Shown: positions 26,866-40,076 of the stretch, piece after piece
Layout: the number at the start of each line of letters is the position of its first letter
How positions within the stretch are numbered: the stretch's first letter is position 1
DNA from: Octopus vulgaris
Lineage: Eukaryota
Assembly (NCBI GenBank): GCA_951406725.2
Contig: OX597814.1
Coordinates: forward strand, 39,556,001 to 39,620,000
Direction of reading: 5' to 3'
Length of the DNA stretch: 64,000 bases
Notes under the pieces: model-generated
Told to the model about the DNA's origin: nothing
The model's input: only the letters and a program-made list of their open reading frames with translations
Database searches by the model: none
Program-made: the position numbers and the translations under genes

Positions 26866-27711
26866 TTAAAAGTACGTATCTATTTGGATACATTTGCACG
26901 CACACATACACATAGATTCGTGTATGTATGTATACATAAATTTTGTATAGATAAATATATCCAGATACAAACGCACATATATAAACACACATACATATAT
27001 ATATACACATACGCACACACCCATATGCATTCACACACGCACACCCACGTAAACAAACATCATGTCTCTCGACTTCATGTTAACTCATAAAGCACTCAAG
27101 TAGCAACTTTAACACCCCCACCACCACCACCACCGGCCTTACCGACCTTAAAACTGGTTTACGTGTTCCTTAGTGCAATACGATGTTCCATGAAATACTT
27201 TTGAAGCGCTATGTGATTAGAAGTAATATGTTAATAAATAATACATGATTTTGTATTGAACGTTAGCTTAACGTATACAATAGACATCTTATAGATAAGC
27301 TAGACTTGTTTGCCTCGTTTTGTTTTGTTTTCTTCTATTAACGTTATTAGTTGCTTTATTTATTTATACAACTTTTTTGCTTTTCTTTTATATGCGACCT
27401 GATCGAACCACTAACTGTAATTGTATATAGATCTATGTAGTTGATGCTAAAAATGGTAACGACACCCTACAACAACGATAGCATTGATTTGTAACTTTGG
27501 CACAAGGCCATGGCATTTTGGCGAAAGCTACAGTCGAGTTAATCGAACTCCCTGCATTGCTAATCTCAGGTGTTAAATGGGCGTAACTGAACAACGCTGA
27601 ACTACTTTTATTTTTTTCACCACGTGTAGCTCGACAGATCGTGCCAGTTATTGGATCCTCCTCTTCCTTCTTCTTCTTCTTCGTAATCAGCAGCGGCAGC
27701 ATCACCACCAT

Positions 27712-27886
<175 letters not shown>

Positions 27887-27952
27887 GAGTAAAAGAGTAA
27901 AAGACTATACATACATACATATATGTATGTACTATACATACATACATATATG

Positions 27953-28658
27953 TATATACGCTTATTACTATGCATTAGGTAGGCCATCTCAAGAGAGACA
28001 CACCGCAAACTCTTACAGTATATGGAGAACACGGAATCAAGACAGTAGGCCCTATTTGGACGAGAACAAATTAGCAAATGTGAGGAGGGATATCTTTAGA
28101 AATAACAGACTCACAGACAGTGAAGTAAGCGCGATCAAGCACGCAACGGAAAATGACATAAATATAAGACACAAAGGAAATGAAGAATCAGATGAACAGT
28201 ATAGCCCGCCACGAGGCTTAATTGAAAGACTGCCATCTGACCAAAGTACGCAAAGGCCTGAAGATACAAGAAATTCTATTGTACCAGTTAAAGAAGGCCA
28301 GGAAAACGAAAAAAACAACAGTAACTGAAGATCTCGCATTTACTGAAGAACACAGAGAGTCTATGGCAGAAATGAGGCAGAAAATCCTGAATACGCTTGA
28401 AGTTGTAAGACGTACAAGTATGAATGATAGAGAACCGCTTCATAAACTCTCAAATACAAACCAAAATAAAAAAACAAATCCAAATTGGCAACTATGTAAC
28501 AAATGAAATAATACCTGATTTTACTGAGTTAAATGAAATTATTTACGCTTCTGCTAGGGCAATTGAAACCAGCTGTATGCCCCCCGAAAAAACAAAGAAA
28601 ACAAAACCTGGGAATAAATCAAACCTAGAGAAGTAAAATTGAAAAAGAGATTGAATTT
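27953..28658 (+). pseudogene. Disrupted N-terminal part of the same retrotransposon ORF
   Basis: Track ORFs 27927-28328, 28222-28506 and 28424-28636 join by frameshifts at A-runs (~28310, ~28470, ~28590). An in-frame TAG at 28626-28628 sits where a Trp codon (TGG) is expected before RSKIEKEIEFMRG. Confidence 0.75.
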
Positions 28659-31370
28659 ATGAGAGGGGAAATATCAATATTAAATGAACTAATATGTGGA
28701 AATGATGTAAGATCCAGAACAGGAAGAAAGATGAAGAGAAAATTTGGATCCTCACCAAGAGAAGAACTGATATCAATAAAAGAAACGCTGAAACAAAAAG
28801 TCCAAGCAAAAGCCCAAAGAATACGAAGATTTGAGAAGAGAAACAAGTTTTACAAGCAAAATAAGCTGTTCACATCCAATGCCAAAAAATTCTACAGAGA
28901 AATAGGGAAGGAGAAAGTAACCGTTAAAGACCCCCCTCCCATGGAAGACGTTCAAAACTTTTGGAAAAGGATTTGGAGTGACAAGAAGACGTACAACATA
29001 AATGCAGACTGGATTATACAAACTGAAGGATCCTACCAAAATTTACAACAACAAGCATGGGAAGACATCACAATAGCAGACCTAAGAAAGGCACTCACGA
29101 AGGCCCATAATTGGAAATCCCCCGGTAAAGATAGGGTGCCGAATTTCTGGCTCGCATCGCTCCCGTGCGCACACGGTAAGCTAGTTCAGCTGCTCAATGG
29201 AATTATGAGAGACCCAAAGAAAACACTTGAATGGTTAGCAAGTGGCATTACTTACCTACTCCCAAAGAATAACGAAACCAACCTTCCAAAAAACTATCGG
29301 CCTATAACCTGTCTATCCACCACGTATAAAATCCTAACATCTATCCTGGCGGAGAAAACATATGCATTCATGGAGAAGAACGATATTTTCCCCATTGAAC
29401 AAAAAGGGTGCCGCCGAGGCTCTTACGGATGCAAAGATCAACTGCTAATCAATCGTATGATCCTTGAGAACTGTCACAACAAGCGCAGAAATCTCAGCAC
29501 CACATGGATTGACTATAAAAAGGCCTTCGACAGTATACGGCATCCATGGATCTTGAGATCGCTGGACGTCTTCAAAATTTCCCCTGTGATTTCAAACTTC
29601 CTGAAGCACAATATGTCGTTGTGGAATACGAATCTCCAATTATACCACTCTAATGGAGTACTTGCCTCAGAAAATATAAACATCAACTGTGGAATTTTTC
29701 AAGGTGACTCACTTTCACCTTTAATATTCTGCATAGCCCTAATACCCCTTACAAGTGAATTAAACAGAACAGGGTATGGGTATAAAATTGCCAATAAAAA
29801 AATAAGCCATCTATTTTATATGGATGACTTAAAACTTTATGGTAAATACAATAATGAGCTTGAAGGCCTATTGCGCACCGTGAAAGCATTCAGCGATGAC
29901 ATCGGGATGGATTTTGGACTTGAGAAGTGTGCCAAGGCCACTTTCCAGAAATGGAAAGTGAAGACCACAAATTCGGTCGTGTTAGATGTTGACACAGTCA
30001 TAAGAGAGCTTGAGCAAGAACAAACATACAAATATTTAGGGATAAATGAAGGCTCTGGTATTCAGCATGCAAGCATGAAAGAGAAGGTCAGGAAGGAATG
30101 TTATAGGAGAGTTCGTGCAGTCCTGAAATCTGAACTAAATGCACGTAACAAGGTGTTAGCTATAAATTCCTTAGCAGTTCCAGTTGTTACTTATAGCTAC
30201 AATGTGTTGAACTGGAATATGAGTGAAGTAAAGAATATAGATAGAAAAATACGCAAGCTGCTGAGTTGTAATATGATGCACCACCCAAAGGCAGACGTAG
30301 ATCACCTTTACCTTCCCAGAGCCCAAGGAGGTCGAGGCCTGATCCAATTTGAACTAGCTTACAAAACAACCACAATTGGACAGGCCAAATATCTCGAAAT
30401 ATCGAATGACTGGATGCTAAAGCTCGTGGAAAATCATGAGAGACGAAAGAAGCTTCATTCTATCATCAAGGAAAGCAAAAAATTTGCTATTGATCTCGTG
30501 CAGGATACCCAAACTGAACAACCCGAGGGAAGTACGGCAACTATTGTTGCAAAGAAGGTGAAAATGATGGCAATGAAAAAAGCGCACGAGCAATTGGCTG
30601 ATAGGTGGGAGGAGAAACCTCTGCACGGCAAATATGTGACCCGCAGCAAACAAGCTGATGTTGACCAGAAGCAAACCCTTCAGTGGCTGCGGAGCTCAGG
30701 GCTAAAAGCAGAGAGCGAAGGTTTCATCCTGGCTGCTCAAGACCAAAGCCTATTAACCCGGAACTACCAGGCCAATGTGATGAAAAATGGAGCAGACCCA
30801 AAATGCCGATTCTGCAACGACATGATTGAAACAGTGGACCACCTAATCTCTGGATGTAAAGTCTTAGCACCAGTGGAGTATAAGTTAAGACATGACAGAG
30901 TTGGCCAATATCTCCACTGGCTAATAAGTCGGCATTACAATATCAAAACTGCCGACAAGTGGTATAATCACCACCCTGAGGCTGTAACTGAAGGAGAAAA
31001 TGTAACCATTCTGTGGGACTTTCCAGTACATACAGACCGAACCATCAAGGCCAATAAACCAGATATTGTTGTGAAAGACCAAAACAATAAAGTTTGCTTA
31101 TTGATCGACATGAGCATCCCCTGTGATCATAATATCTCAGCGAAAGAGTTTGACAAGCTCAGAAAATATAAAGACCTACTCATTGAAATTGAGAAAATGT
31201 GGCATCTCAAGGCGGTTACAATACCAGTGATCGTAGGAGCACTAGGAATGATCAAGAAGGGAACCGAAAATTATATGAGAATGATCCCTGGCTTACCATC
31301 CCTGCAAGAAGTGCAAAAGATTGTCTTAACTGGTACATCACACGTATTGAGAAGAGCATTGTCGATGTGA
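28659..31370 (+). CDS. Uninterrupted 903-aa portion of the retrotransposon ORF: reverse transcriptase + zinc knuckle + restriction-like endonuclease
   Basis: RT motifs KSPGKD, NYRPITCL, WIDYKKAFDS, GIFQGDSLSP, FYMDDLK, YKYLG, GGRGL; CRFC..ETVDHLISGC; RHD; KPDIVV..LLIDMSIP..KLRKY. The ATG is internal; the true start was upstream. Confidence 0.93.
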   Translation: MRGEISILNELICGNDVRSRTGRKMKRKFGSSPREELISIKETLKQKVQAKAQRIRRFEKRNKFYKQNKLFTSNAKKFYREIGKEKVTVKDPPPMEDVQNFWKRIWSDKKTYNINADWIIQTEGSYQNLQQQAWEDITIADLRKALTKAHNWKSPGKDRVPNFWLASLPCAHGKLVQLLNGIMRDPKKTLEWLASGITYLLPKNNETNLPKNYRPITCLSTTYKILTSILAEKTYAFMEKNDIFPIEQKGCRRGSYGCKDQLLINRMILENCHNKRRNLSTTWIDYKKAFDSIRHPWILRSLDVFKISPVISNFLKHNMSLWNTNLQLYHSNGVLASENININCGIFQGDSLSPLIFCIALIPLTSELNRTGYGYKIANKKISHLFYMDDLKLYGKYNNELEGLLRTVKAFSDDIGMDFGLEKCAKATFQKWKVKTTNSVVLDVDTVIRELEQEQTYKYLGINEGSGIQHASMKEKVRKECYRRVRAVLKSELNARNKVLAINSLAVPVVTYSYNVLNWNMSEVKNIDRKIRKLLSCNMMHHPKADVDHLYLPRAQGGRGLIQFELAYKTTTIGQAKYLEISNDWMLKLVENHERRKKLHSIIKESKKFAIDLVQDTQTEQPEGSTATIVAKKVKMMAMKKAHEQLADRWEEKPLHGKYVTRSKQADVDQKQTLQWLRSSGLKAESEGFILAAQDQSLLTRNYQANVMKNGADPKCRFCNDMIETVDHLISGCKVLAPVEYKLRHDRVGQYLHWLISRHYNIKTADKWYNHHPEAVTEGENVTILWDFPVHTDRTIKANKPDIVVKDQNNKVCLLIDMSIPCDHNISAKEFDKLRKYKDLLIEIEKMWHLKAVTIPVIVGALGMIKKGTENYMRMIPGLPSLQEVQKIVLTGTSHVLRRALSM

Positions 31371-31544
31371 GAACTGTTGCTGCTCATGTATTTTAATTTA
31401 ACTTTAAAAAAAAAAAAAAAAAATGAGCGAACTACTGAGTTTGGTTTAATGGCCTACCAATATACACTATGAGTTTCTTTGCCCTAGGAGTCGGGAAGAC
31501 ACTCGGCAAGAAATGGAAGAAAATTTGAAAGAAGAAAAAAAAAA

Positions 31545-31545
<1 letters not shown>

Positions 31546-31596
<51 letters not shown>

Positions 31597-31715
31597 TGAT
31601 GATAATGATAATAATGACAATAATGATAATAATAATAATGATAATGATAATAATGATAATAATGACAATAATAATAATGATACTAATGATAATAATGATA
31701 ATAATAATAATAATA
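31546..31715. repeat. (TAA/TGA)n microsatellite, right flank of the Dong insertion
   Basis: Direct inspection. Confidence 0.98.
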
Positions 31716-32232
31716 GTTTTTCATCTGTAAATTACGGGTTCAAAATTTCCGCCGAGATCAGTCGACTTTGCCTTTCATGCTCTAGATTTCTATGAAATAA
31801 GTACCAGTGTAATCTTGTGTTGAAACATATGCTGTTGATTTTGGGACGGTCATTCTGTCAATAAACACAGGCACCATCTATTTATTTCATCTCCACTTGA
31901 ACTTTATTATAATTATAAGTTCTTGTTTATTTGTCATAGGTATTTTGCTGCACATTCTTCGACCCTTTCAGTGATCATCTGTTCTTCTCTTAGTGTCCTC
32001 ATTTATCTACCTTTATCTTGTTTAAGGAAAAGTACCAGAAACAAGGCAATATGTGTGTGTGTTAGAAATTCATGGAGATTGTGGTAATTATTTTTCTGCG
32101 GTTAAATTATTAGTTCTAAATATTCGAAGTCTTGGTTTACTTTTCATATTATCTAGGGTTTATAGAGCTATTTATATAAATGTCATTATACAAGAATATA
32201 ACGCATAGAACTGTCACAGAGAAAACAATATC

Positions 32233-32307
<75 letters not shown>

Positions 32308-33102
32308 AAACAAAAGAATGTCTCTTCTACAGATTTGAAGGGTCTGAAAGCACGGTATGTTATTTCCTTTCCTGCAAAATTAGGAACAAAGGATGAAAGA
32401 AAAGTTTTCCTCGGGCTAGATAATCATGTATTACCGTATTAATGGGAATGATTTTGTTAAGAAAGTAATGTAAAAAGCAAAAGGATGTAAAAAAGAAAAA
32501 AAAAACAATATTTACTTTTTACACAAACACACATACACACACACAACGCACACACACTGACACTCACATATTCACATAGGTAAATGCATACATATCATAG
32601 AAATACGTTGGTATATATCTAGGTAGCTATCTATATGTATGTGTGTGAGTTAATGTGGGTGTGTGTTAGTGTGTATGGTAGTGTGTTGCGTGCGCACGCG
32701 CGCGTATTTAGTTTTAGCTCGAGAGCTGCGGCCATATATATGTGTGTTTAGGTAGGTAGGTAGACATATAATACACACGTGTGTGTTAGTGTGAATTCTA
32801 TGTAACCTTGCTGTAAAGTGTCTACTCTATAACTTGCCGAAGTCAGTTTCAAAGAAGCAAACAGAAAACGAAATTTAATAGAATTATATATACATACATA
32901 TATACTTACTTACATATATATATATATATCTATATATATATATATATATATATATATTATGTGTGCATGTATGTACATATGAACATGCATATAAGTATGT
33001 GTGTGCATAAATATATGTATACACACGCACAGGCATACATATGTATGTGCGTATGTGTGTGTGTGTATTTTTATGTAGACGTGTATGCTTGTATTTACAC
33101 TA

Positions 33103-33212
<110 letters not shown>

Positions 33213-34078
33213 GCATTTATCTGTCGATGTATTATATGCGAACAAGAGAGATGTAGAGGCGGAGCGAGAGAGATGGGGAACAGAGATGAGGAAATCTAAC
33301 ACGCTTAGTAAAAATGTAATCAGCGTATCGTCTACAAACTTATGAAGAGCTGTTCCTGAGTAAAGAAATCATAAACAACGCTCATTACGTGAATAATCTA
33401 CGTCTAGAACGGTTTCGAGTAGAAAGAAATGATATCACACGTATCGATCAATCTTAAATGCAAATAATTCTTTGATGATCTCGAAAGAGACGTTAGAAAT
33501 AGATGAAAGATTCTACGTACGACACTTCGTCACAAATTTCCCCGAACCCATCTATTGTCCGTTCTATATTTTGATACCATCCAAGTTCTATTTTTCTGGA
33601 ACTCCGTTTGCATACACGCATATAAAACATACGTATGCATCAAACACACCAACACAAAACACAAGCGCATAAATATACACTCATTCATATGTTTTTTTTG
33701 TTTTGCTTAGAGTGTTTGCATATATAATCACCTGTAGATGAATATATACGCAAACACATTAAGTGTACCTGCGTTCGTGTACATATTACATGTGAGTCTA
33801 GGTGTGTGTTGGTGGCTGCAAATACATACATACATACATACATACATACATACATACATACATACATGCATACATACATACATATATATATATATATGTA
33901 TGTGTATGTGTTAAATGAAATGAGACAATGAAGTCAAGGCTGTGTGGTGTTTTCAGGACATTTATAAAGAAAAAGTTAGTCTTACAGGTGTTTCTGTGAT
34001 ACGAGGAATATTCCTTCATCAGAGACGATGTGAGATGGTTAAATAGAGGGAAATATTGGAGTTATATAGATATAACAT

Positions 34079-34135
<57 letters not shown>

Positions 34136-34541
34136 ACGTGCGTGCGTGCATGCATGTTAGAACTCTTGTAAGTCCCATTATTCTCCTGTGCTCTTCTTGG
34201 TCATCGTTGACGACAGACGAATATTATTATCATATTATGAGAATCTACATTTAAAGTTAAACATACATCACTTCTTTTCGCTCATACCTTAATCACTTTT
34301 CTAAATTTTTCATTTTAAAAATCTGCTGCTGTCTAAATTATCGTTCAACCTCCCGAACTTTTACTTCTCAACAATCTGTAATTATCTCTAAATTTATGTT
34401 TTAAAACAGTGTTTGTAACACAATTACAGAGACAACTATTAGCAACATATGAACCATCACCTTTTACTTTCCATTGTTGAGTCGTTACAGCTGATGAGAG
34501 AGACAAAAATGTGATACTTGGTACATGTTGATCTATAATAT

Positions 34542-34930
34542 TTTTCTACTTGTTTCATTCACTGGACTGCGGCCATGCTTGTGCATTGCATTGAAGAGTT
34601 TAGCCGAGCAAGTTGACTCCAGAGCGTATTTTTAAGTCTGGCACTTACAGTATCTCACTTGTTTGCTGGAATGCTAAATAACGGAGACGTAAACAAACCA
34701 ACACCTGTTCTCAAGCAGTGTGGAGGCATATAGAAACGGACAGATACACACACATACACACACATACATACATATATACATACATATATGCATAGACGAT
34801 GGGCTTCTGCGGAGTTTCCGTCTACTATATATACTCACAAGGAATTGGTCGGCCCAGGTCTTTTGGAGAGGGTACTCGCCCAAAGTAATACACAGCTGTA
34901 CTAAGCCCAAAATTACGTAGTTACGGAGAA
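34542..34930 (-). mobile_element. SINE family A, diverged
   Basis: gactgcggccatgct..., cgatgggcttctgcggagtttccgtctac. Confidence 0.75.
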
Positions 34931-34959
34931 AATCTCAAAAGAAAAAAAACAAAGCTCCT

Positions 34960-35172
34960 TTTCGTGCCTTATAGACCCATCAGACCGGAGGTTTGGTTTC
35001 TACGGCGTATATGATCCACCCCCACTCCACCCACTTGATGGGACGCCGTTTCTTCACAGGATTACTCATTTTTATCAACAGAATGGACTGAAAATGAAGA
35101 GTTTTGCTCAAGAGCAACGCACTGCCCGATACATGAATTAAAACCACAGAAATCACTAAGCCATGTACCTCT
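34960..35172 (-). mobile_element. SINE family D, decayed
   Basis: gttttgctcaagagcaacgc and gggacgcc match 59820-59915. Confidence 0.6.
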
Positions 35173-35224
35173 AACACGAGCGATATGTTTTCATTAATTG
35201 TACATCTAGGAGAGGTCAAATTGG

Positions 35225-35448
35225 TTTCAATTATTGCTTTCAAATTTTGCCACAAGGCCAGCAATTTCGGGAGGAAGGGTTTACATCAATTACATTGAGA
35301 CCAGTGCTCCACTGGTACTTGTTTTACTGACCCCGTAAGGATAAAAAGCAAAATCGGCCTCGGCTGAATTTAAACTCAGAACTTAGATACAGACGAAATG
35401 CCGCTAAGAATTTTTCCTGTCGTGGTAAGGGCACTACCAGCTAGCCAC
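35225..35448 (-). mobile_element. SINE family B
   Basis: Homologous to 11830-11990. Confidence 0.75.
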
Positions 35449-36244
35449 TATGTTGGTATTAGTTATGAAGAAGATACTTTTCTTGTCGTTCATAAGACGG
35501 GAATATACTCGGTAATCTAAGGTTATGTTAAACGGGTAGAGATCTTTCATGCCCATTTATAGAAGTGAATAGAAAAATAATTTTCAGATTTTACCTGTTT
35601 ACATAAGTACAATATAAGGCAACGAACTTTTCTATATCTTTTATAAATTTGTAATATAAAAGACAATAATTGTGATTAACTAAGTATTAATTACAGTTGT
35701 AAATCAATGATTAATTCCATTAAAGGCAGAATGTTTTGAGCCTAACCGAAGGAAGCAACAATAGGCATGATTTATGAAAAGTTAAGTTATTCTTTCTCTC
35801 TTCGCCAGACACGCACGCACGCACATACGCGCGTAATACACACGCACACACATACGCGTGGGCGCACATACGCACACATCGACTAGTGGCTAATAATACA
35901 AGAGTTAGGCAATCAACTTCATTAGCTTAAAGTTGTTACTGCTATAGAAAGCATTATACTCAGAGCTGAGTGCTTGTTCCTCATAGCAGAAACTGCTGTA
36001 AGCTAATGAAAGTGAATGAAGATCTCCAATACATTTGTCATTCGTTAACTGATATTATGCTCTCTACCCTCCTGACACCTTACTCTAAACGATGACTATA
36101 GCGAGTTCTCACAACTAGTTATTAATCACATTGCCAAAGTGAAATCATAATATATAGACATATGTGTTCAATCAGTTCTTCATTCATGGTAGATATATTT
36201 TGTTGGCTTAACGAGTATATATTAAACATGTGTGTCTGTGTAAC

Positions 36245-36715
36245 AAAATGGCTGCTTCCGAACGACATGATTCCGGGTTTAGTCTAACTACATGCCACTT
36301 TGTACAAGTGTCTTCTACTACAGCCTGGGGCCACGAAAGCCTTGTAAGTGGATCTGGTAGATAGAAACAAATTATACATATGCTGTATAATCGTATATAA
36401 ATCTAAACTTATCTATCTATCTATCTATCTATCTATCACTTTCTCTCTATATATATATGCGTGTGTGTGTGTATTTTGCATATATGTGTGATTGTATGTG
36501 AGTAAACCTCTCTGTGTGTGTGTTGGTGTTTCTGTTTGTTCACCACCACCGTTCAACACATGCCTTGTTTCTGTTCCGATAACGTAGCGGTTCGGCAGAA
36601 TGGTAGAATGAGTACTAGACTTTTAAAAAAAATAGTACTGGTGTTTAATTATTCGATCAAACTCGTCAAAGCGGTGACATAGTATAACTGCAGTCGAATG
36701 GCTGAAACAAAAAAA
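36245..36715 (+). mobile_element. SINE family A, diverged
   Basis: acatgattccgggtttagtc, caagtgtcttctactacagcc, tagcggttcggca, gctgaaacaa. Confidence 0.75.
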
Positions 36716-37717
36716 GACATTCATGCATACAAACATACATTCACACACATGCACACACACATGCACACACACATAGACATATGCTAAAATATGTATACGT
36801 GTGTGAACGTGTGTACGTCTACGTATTTATGTTTGCAATTATTTCTTGCTAGATACGTGTATTTACACACAGATACAAACACACACACAAACACATAAAA
36901 TGATCTAGGAAATCAAATAGAAAGACAAAAAAATATACTATTTAACTGTCAGTATACATGATAGCGCATCAAACAGCATACACTTATTTGACTTCACACT
37001 TCTTTCATTATTTTGGGATTTTTTTTTAATGATTGTTTTTACTCACTTCTGGCATTTACTTGAAAACATTTTGGTATGGCATGCTTCTCCGATTTTTCTA
37101 CTGTTCTTAATGATCAATCAACGATTTATTTAGAAAATAATCAGTTTTTCCTAACAGAAGTAATCAAATGTTAGTGATTGTCAATTGTCTGATCAACAAC
37201 GAGGAAACTTAATTAATTAGTAATGCTGTAAGACAGAAACGAAAGCTAATTTCAATTTTAATCAGTGTATTTAAGAATGTCATATTGGATTGTGTTCCAT
37301 GAAGCCAGATTTTAATTGGTGTAATAATAAATTTGTGAGTAATGCTAAACTGAAGAGATATTAACGATAAATTGAAAAATTATGTAAGATTAGAACAATC
37401 TTTTAGTAAAGGTATTGCGGTGGATGTACTACAGGTGAAAATAGCATTTGAACGTTTACCCAAGTACATAGACTCGAGTTCGAGCTTTTGCGAGGCAATT
37501 TCGGCATCCATCACATGCATATATATGTGTGTATGGGAGGTCCTCTCAATGCTAATACTGCAGTATTCGGCTTTCGAACAAGACATCCAGGCTGAGTTAG
37601 GTACAAATTGGTTTTTGGTACTAATAGTGCTTCCGTTGCTAATAATAATTTTTTTTTATAAACCTGCTGGCTATTTGTAACATGATTGACTTAAAAAGTA
37701 CTGATATTCTATTTTTT

Positions 37718-37806
37718 AAGTTTATTTCTACAGATATTCTATAGAAATTATAGCCAGCACTAAATTTTCTCTATAATTTCTATAGAATATCTGTAGAAAT
37801 AACTTT
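37718..37806. repeat. Inverted repeat, ~33-bp arms with 16-nt spacer
   Basis: ttatttctacagatattctatagaaattatag ... ctataatttctatagaatatctgtagaaataa. Confidence 0.9.
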
Positions 37807-38222
37807 AACGAAGTAATATAAAAAAAACACTGCTAACGCAGTAGAACGTGGTGTTCACTTATAAAGGTATTTAATATACTATATAGTATTTTATGGTTGT
37901 ATAACGAAATACCGCGTACCTACAAGTCATTAATACTGATAGTCTATATGTCGTGGCAGTGAAATTTGGCTGCTGTACAGTCATTGGATACCTCCTACAG
38001 AATGTAAAACAAGATAAGTAACATAAAGAACTACCCTTCATCAGTTGTCGGCTGATCTTCTACTTCACATTTCGAGCAATTAACGATAATATGATGCTAC
38101 GAAAATCATTTACTCCTGCGACCCAAAATAAAATTTGGGATTTGCGGAGGTTCAAAGCTGGTTACAAAATCAGGACAGTGGAGACATACAACAAACCAAA
38201 CAAACCAAATGAATATTGTATA

Positions 38223-39098
38223 CGAGGTCTGATCAAAAAGTATCTGGACTGTTGCCATACTAACGAGACCAAAGAAAGCGGCGTGAAGCCGCTTGGTAAA
38301 GACTGACCTTGAACTATGTTGTGCTAGCGCATTAAGTTTTAACATCCTAGCTCACTTCCGTTGTTTACAGCAGTGCTTGAAAGGAATGAGATCGTCGCAT
38401 TGACCATGACAGAGAAAGTTGTCATGGCGATACGTGCTCAGAGGTTGACGCAAGTTGCAGAAAGGCTATGCAGAGGAGTGTATGAGCAGCACACAATTGA
38501 CCGAGTGGTTGAGATGTTTTCAAGATGGCTGAAGAAGTGTCGATATTGACGAATGTTCCGGGAGACCCGCAACCAGCATAACAAAGAAAAACATCGTAGA
38601 TGTGGGTGCAGCTGTGAAGCGAAACCGTTGAAACACCATCCGTGAGTTATCAGCAGATGTGCAGATTAGTTACAGTTCAGTTCAGTCTATTATCACTGAA
38701 GGTGTAGGTATTATATGTGTGTCTACCGACTTTGTACCAAAACTGCTTTCAGCTTACCGAAAAAAGTCACTCGGGGTTTAGTTGCACAAGATATCCTTGA
38801 TTGTGTGGAGAATGATGAAAACTTTTTGAAAATTTTGCGTAGGCCTCTGAGCAGATATCGCCAAGCTTTTGGCAAAATTTGATGCAGATTCTTTGCTCAA
38901 CTCTCTCTGACATGGTCAATTTGGCGATCACTCGCTACACACCTTTCTTCCATGCACTACTGTAAACAGCAGAAGTAAGAGCGTTAAAACTTGTATTGCA
39001 TGCACAGCAGAGTTCAAGGTCAACCTGTGCCAAGCGGCATCTCTCAGCTTTAGCTTCGTTTCTTTAGCAACAGTCCGATATTTATTGATCAGACCACG
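38223..39098 (+). mobile_element. Internally deleted mariner (Tc1/mariner) DNA transposon
   Basis: TA|CGAGGTCTGATCAAAAAGTATC ... GATATTTATTGATCAGACCACG|TA termini with TA duplication. Internal decayed HTH region (SGRPATS..., TIRELSADVQISYSSVQSII, FVPKLLS, ENDENFLK); no DDD domain. Confidence 0.9.
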
Positions 39099-39192
39099 TA
39101 TGGGTATAGCGAATGTGTACATATTGGGAGATGAACGTTGTAATATATTTTAAAGGGCGACTCATTATTTCGAGTGATTTTCAGTGAACGTA

Positions 39193-39552
39193 TTTTTTAC
39201 TTGTTTCAGTCGTTAGACTGCGGCCATGCTAGGGCCTTGAACAATTTTAGTCGAAGGAATTGACCAGGTATTTATATTTTGAAATCTAGTCCATATTCTC
39301 TTTGTCTTTTTACTCAAACCACTTAGTTAGGGTGTCGTAAACAGACCAACACCGGTTGTCAAACGATGTTGGTAGTGGTGGACAAACACGAGCAAACACA
39401 CGCACATAAATACGATTGGCTTGTTTTAGATACATTACAACAAATCCACTAACAAGGCTTTGGTCATACCAACGCTATACCAGAAGACACCTCCGCAATG
39501 TGCCACACAGTGAGACTGAACCAGGAACCATGTGGGAAGCAAACTTCTTACT
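39193..39552 (-). mobile_element. SINE family A, diverged
   Basis: ttttacttgtttcagtcgttagactgcggccatgct...gactgaaccaggaaccatgtgg. Confidence 0.75.
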
Positions 39553-40017
39553 ATATAGACATATAAAATCTTTAATATTATGAAGTAAGTGTTTGATTGT
39601 AACTTCATGTAACTATATACAGAAAAATTTAATATAATATAAATATCATACGTACATAGAAAATATATCGACAAAAAAGTATTTTTTGCTAAATTTGGTT
39701 TGATCGGATACATAGTCTTGCAATATATTATGTGTTATGGAATGAATATTATGTCCATTCAGGTATCTATCTCCATTTGGAGTATAATACTTTTGACATG
39801 CCATCGTATTTGAGAGTAAATATGCACACAGTCACATACACGCATGCACGCGCACACACATACCTACACACATACATCCTCACACACGCACAAACATAGA
39901 TTGCATATATGTGTGGGTGGTATGTGTGTATATATATATATACATATAAATGCATATATGCAAATGTGCCTATGTTTCTATGAGTTTGTGTGTAGATGTT
40001 ACTACGTAAGTTTGTAT

Positions 40018-40076
<59 letters not shown>

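Larger units (their letters stand above)
27953..31545 (+). mobile_element. R4/Dong-clade RLE-type non-LTR retrotransposon, slightly 5'-truncated, inserted in a (TAA)n array
   Basis: Single-ORF architecture: N-terminal remnant (AYYY...W...NKLANVRRDI), RT, CCHC knuckle, PD-(D/E)xK endonuclease, ~175-nt 3' UTR ending in an A-rich tail. Flanked by (TAA)n at 27800-27885 and from 31546. Confidence 0.93.

Noticed and set aside
28659-31370. RT as a retron, group II intron, DGR or telomerase
   Set aside because: RT + CCHC + RLE order, 3' UTR with A-tail and TAA flanks identify an R4-clade non-LTR retrotransposon.
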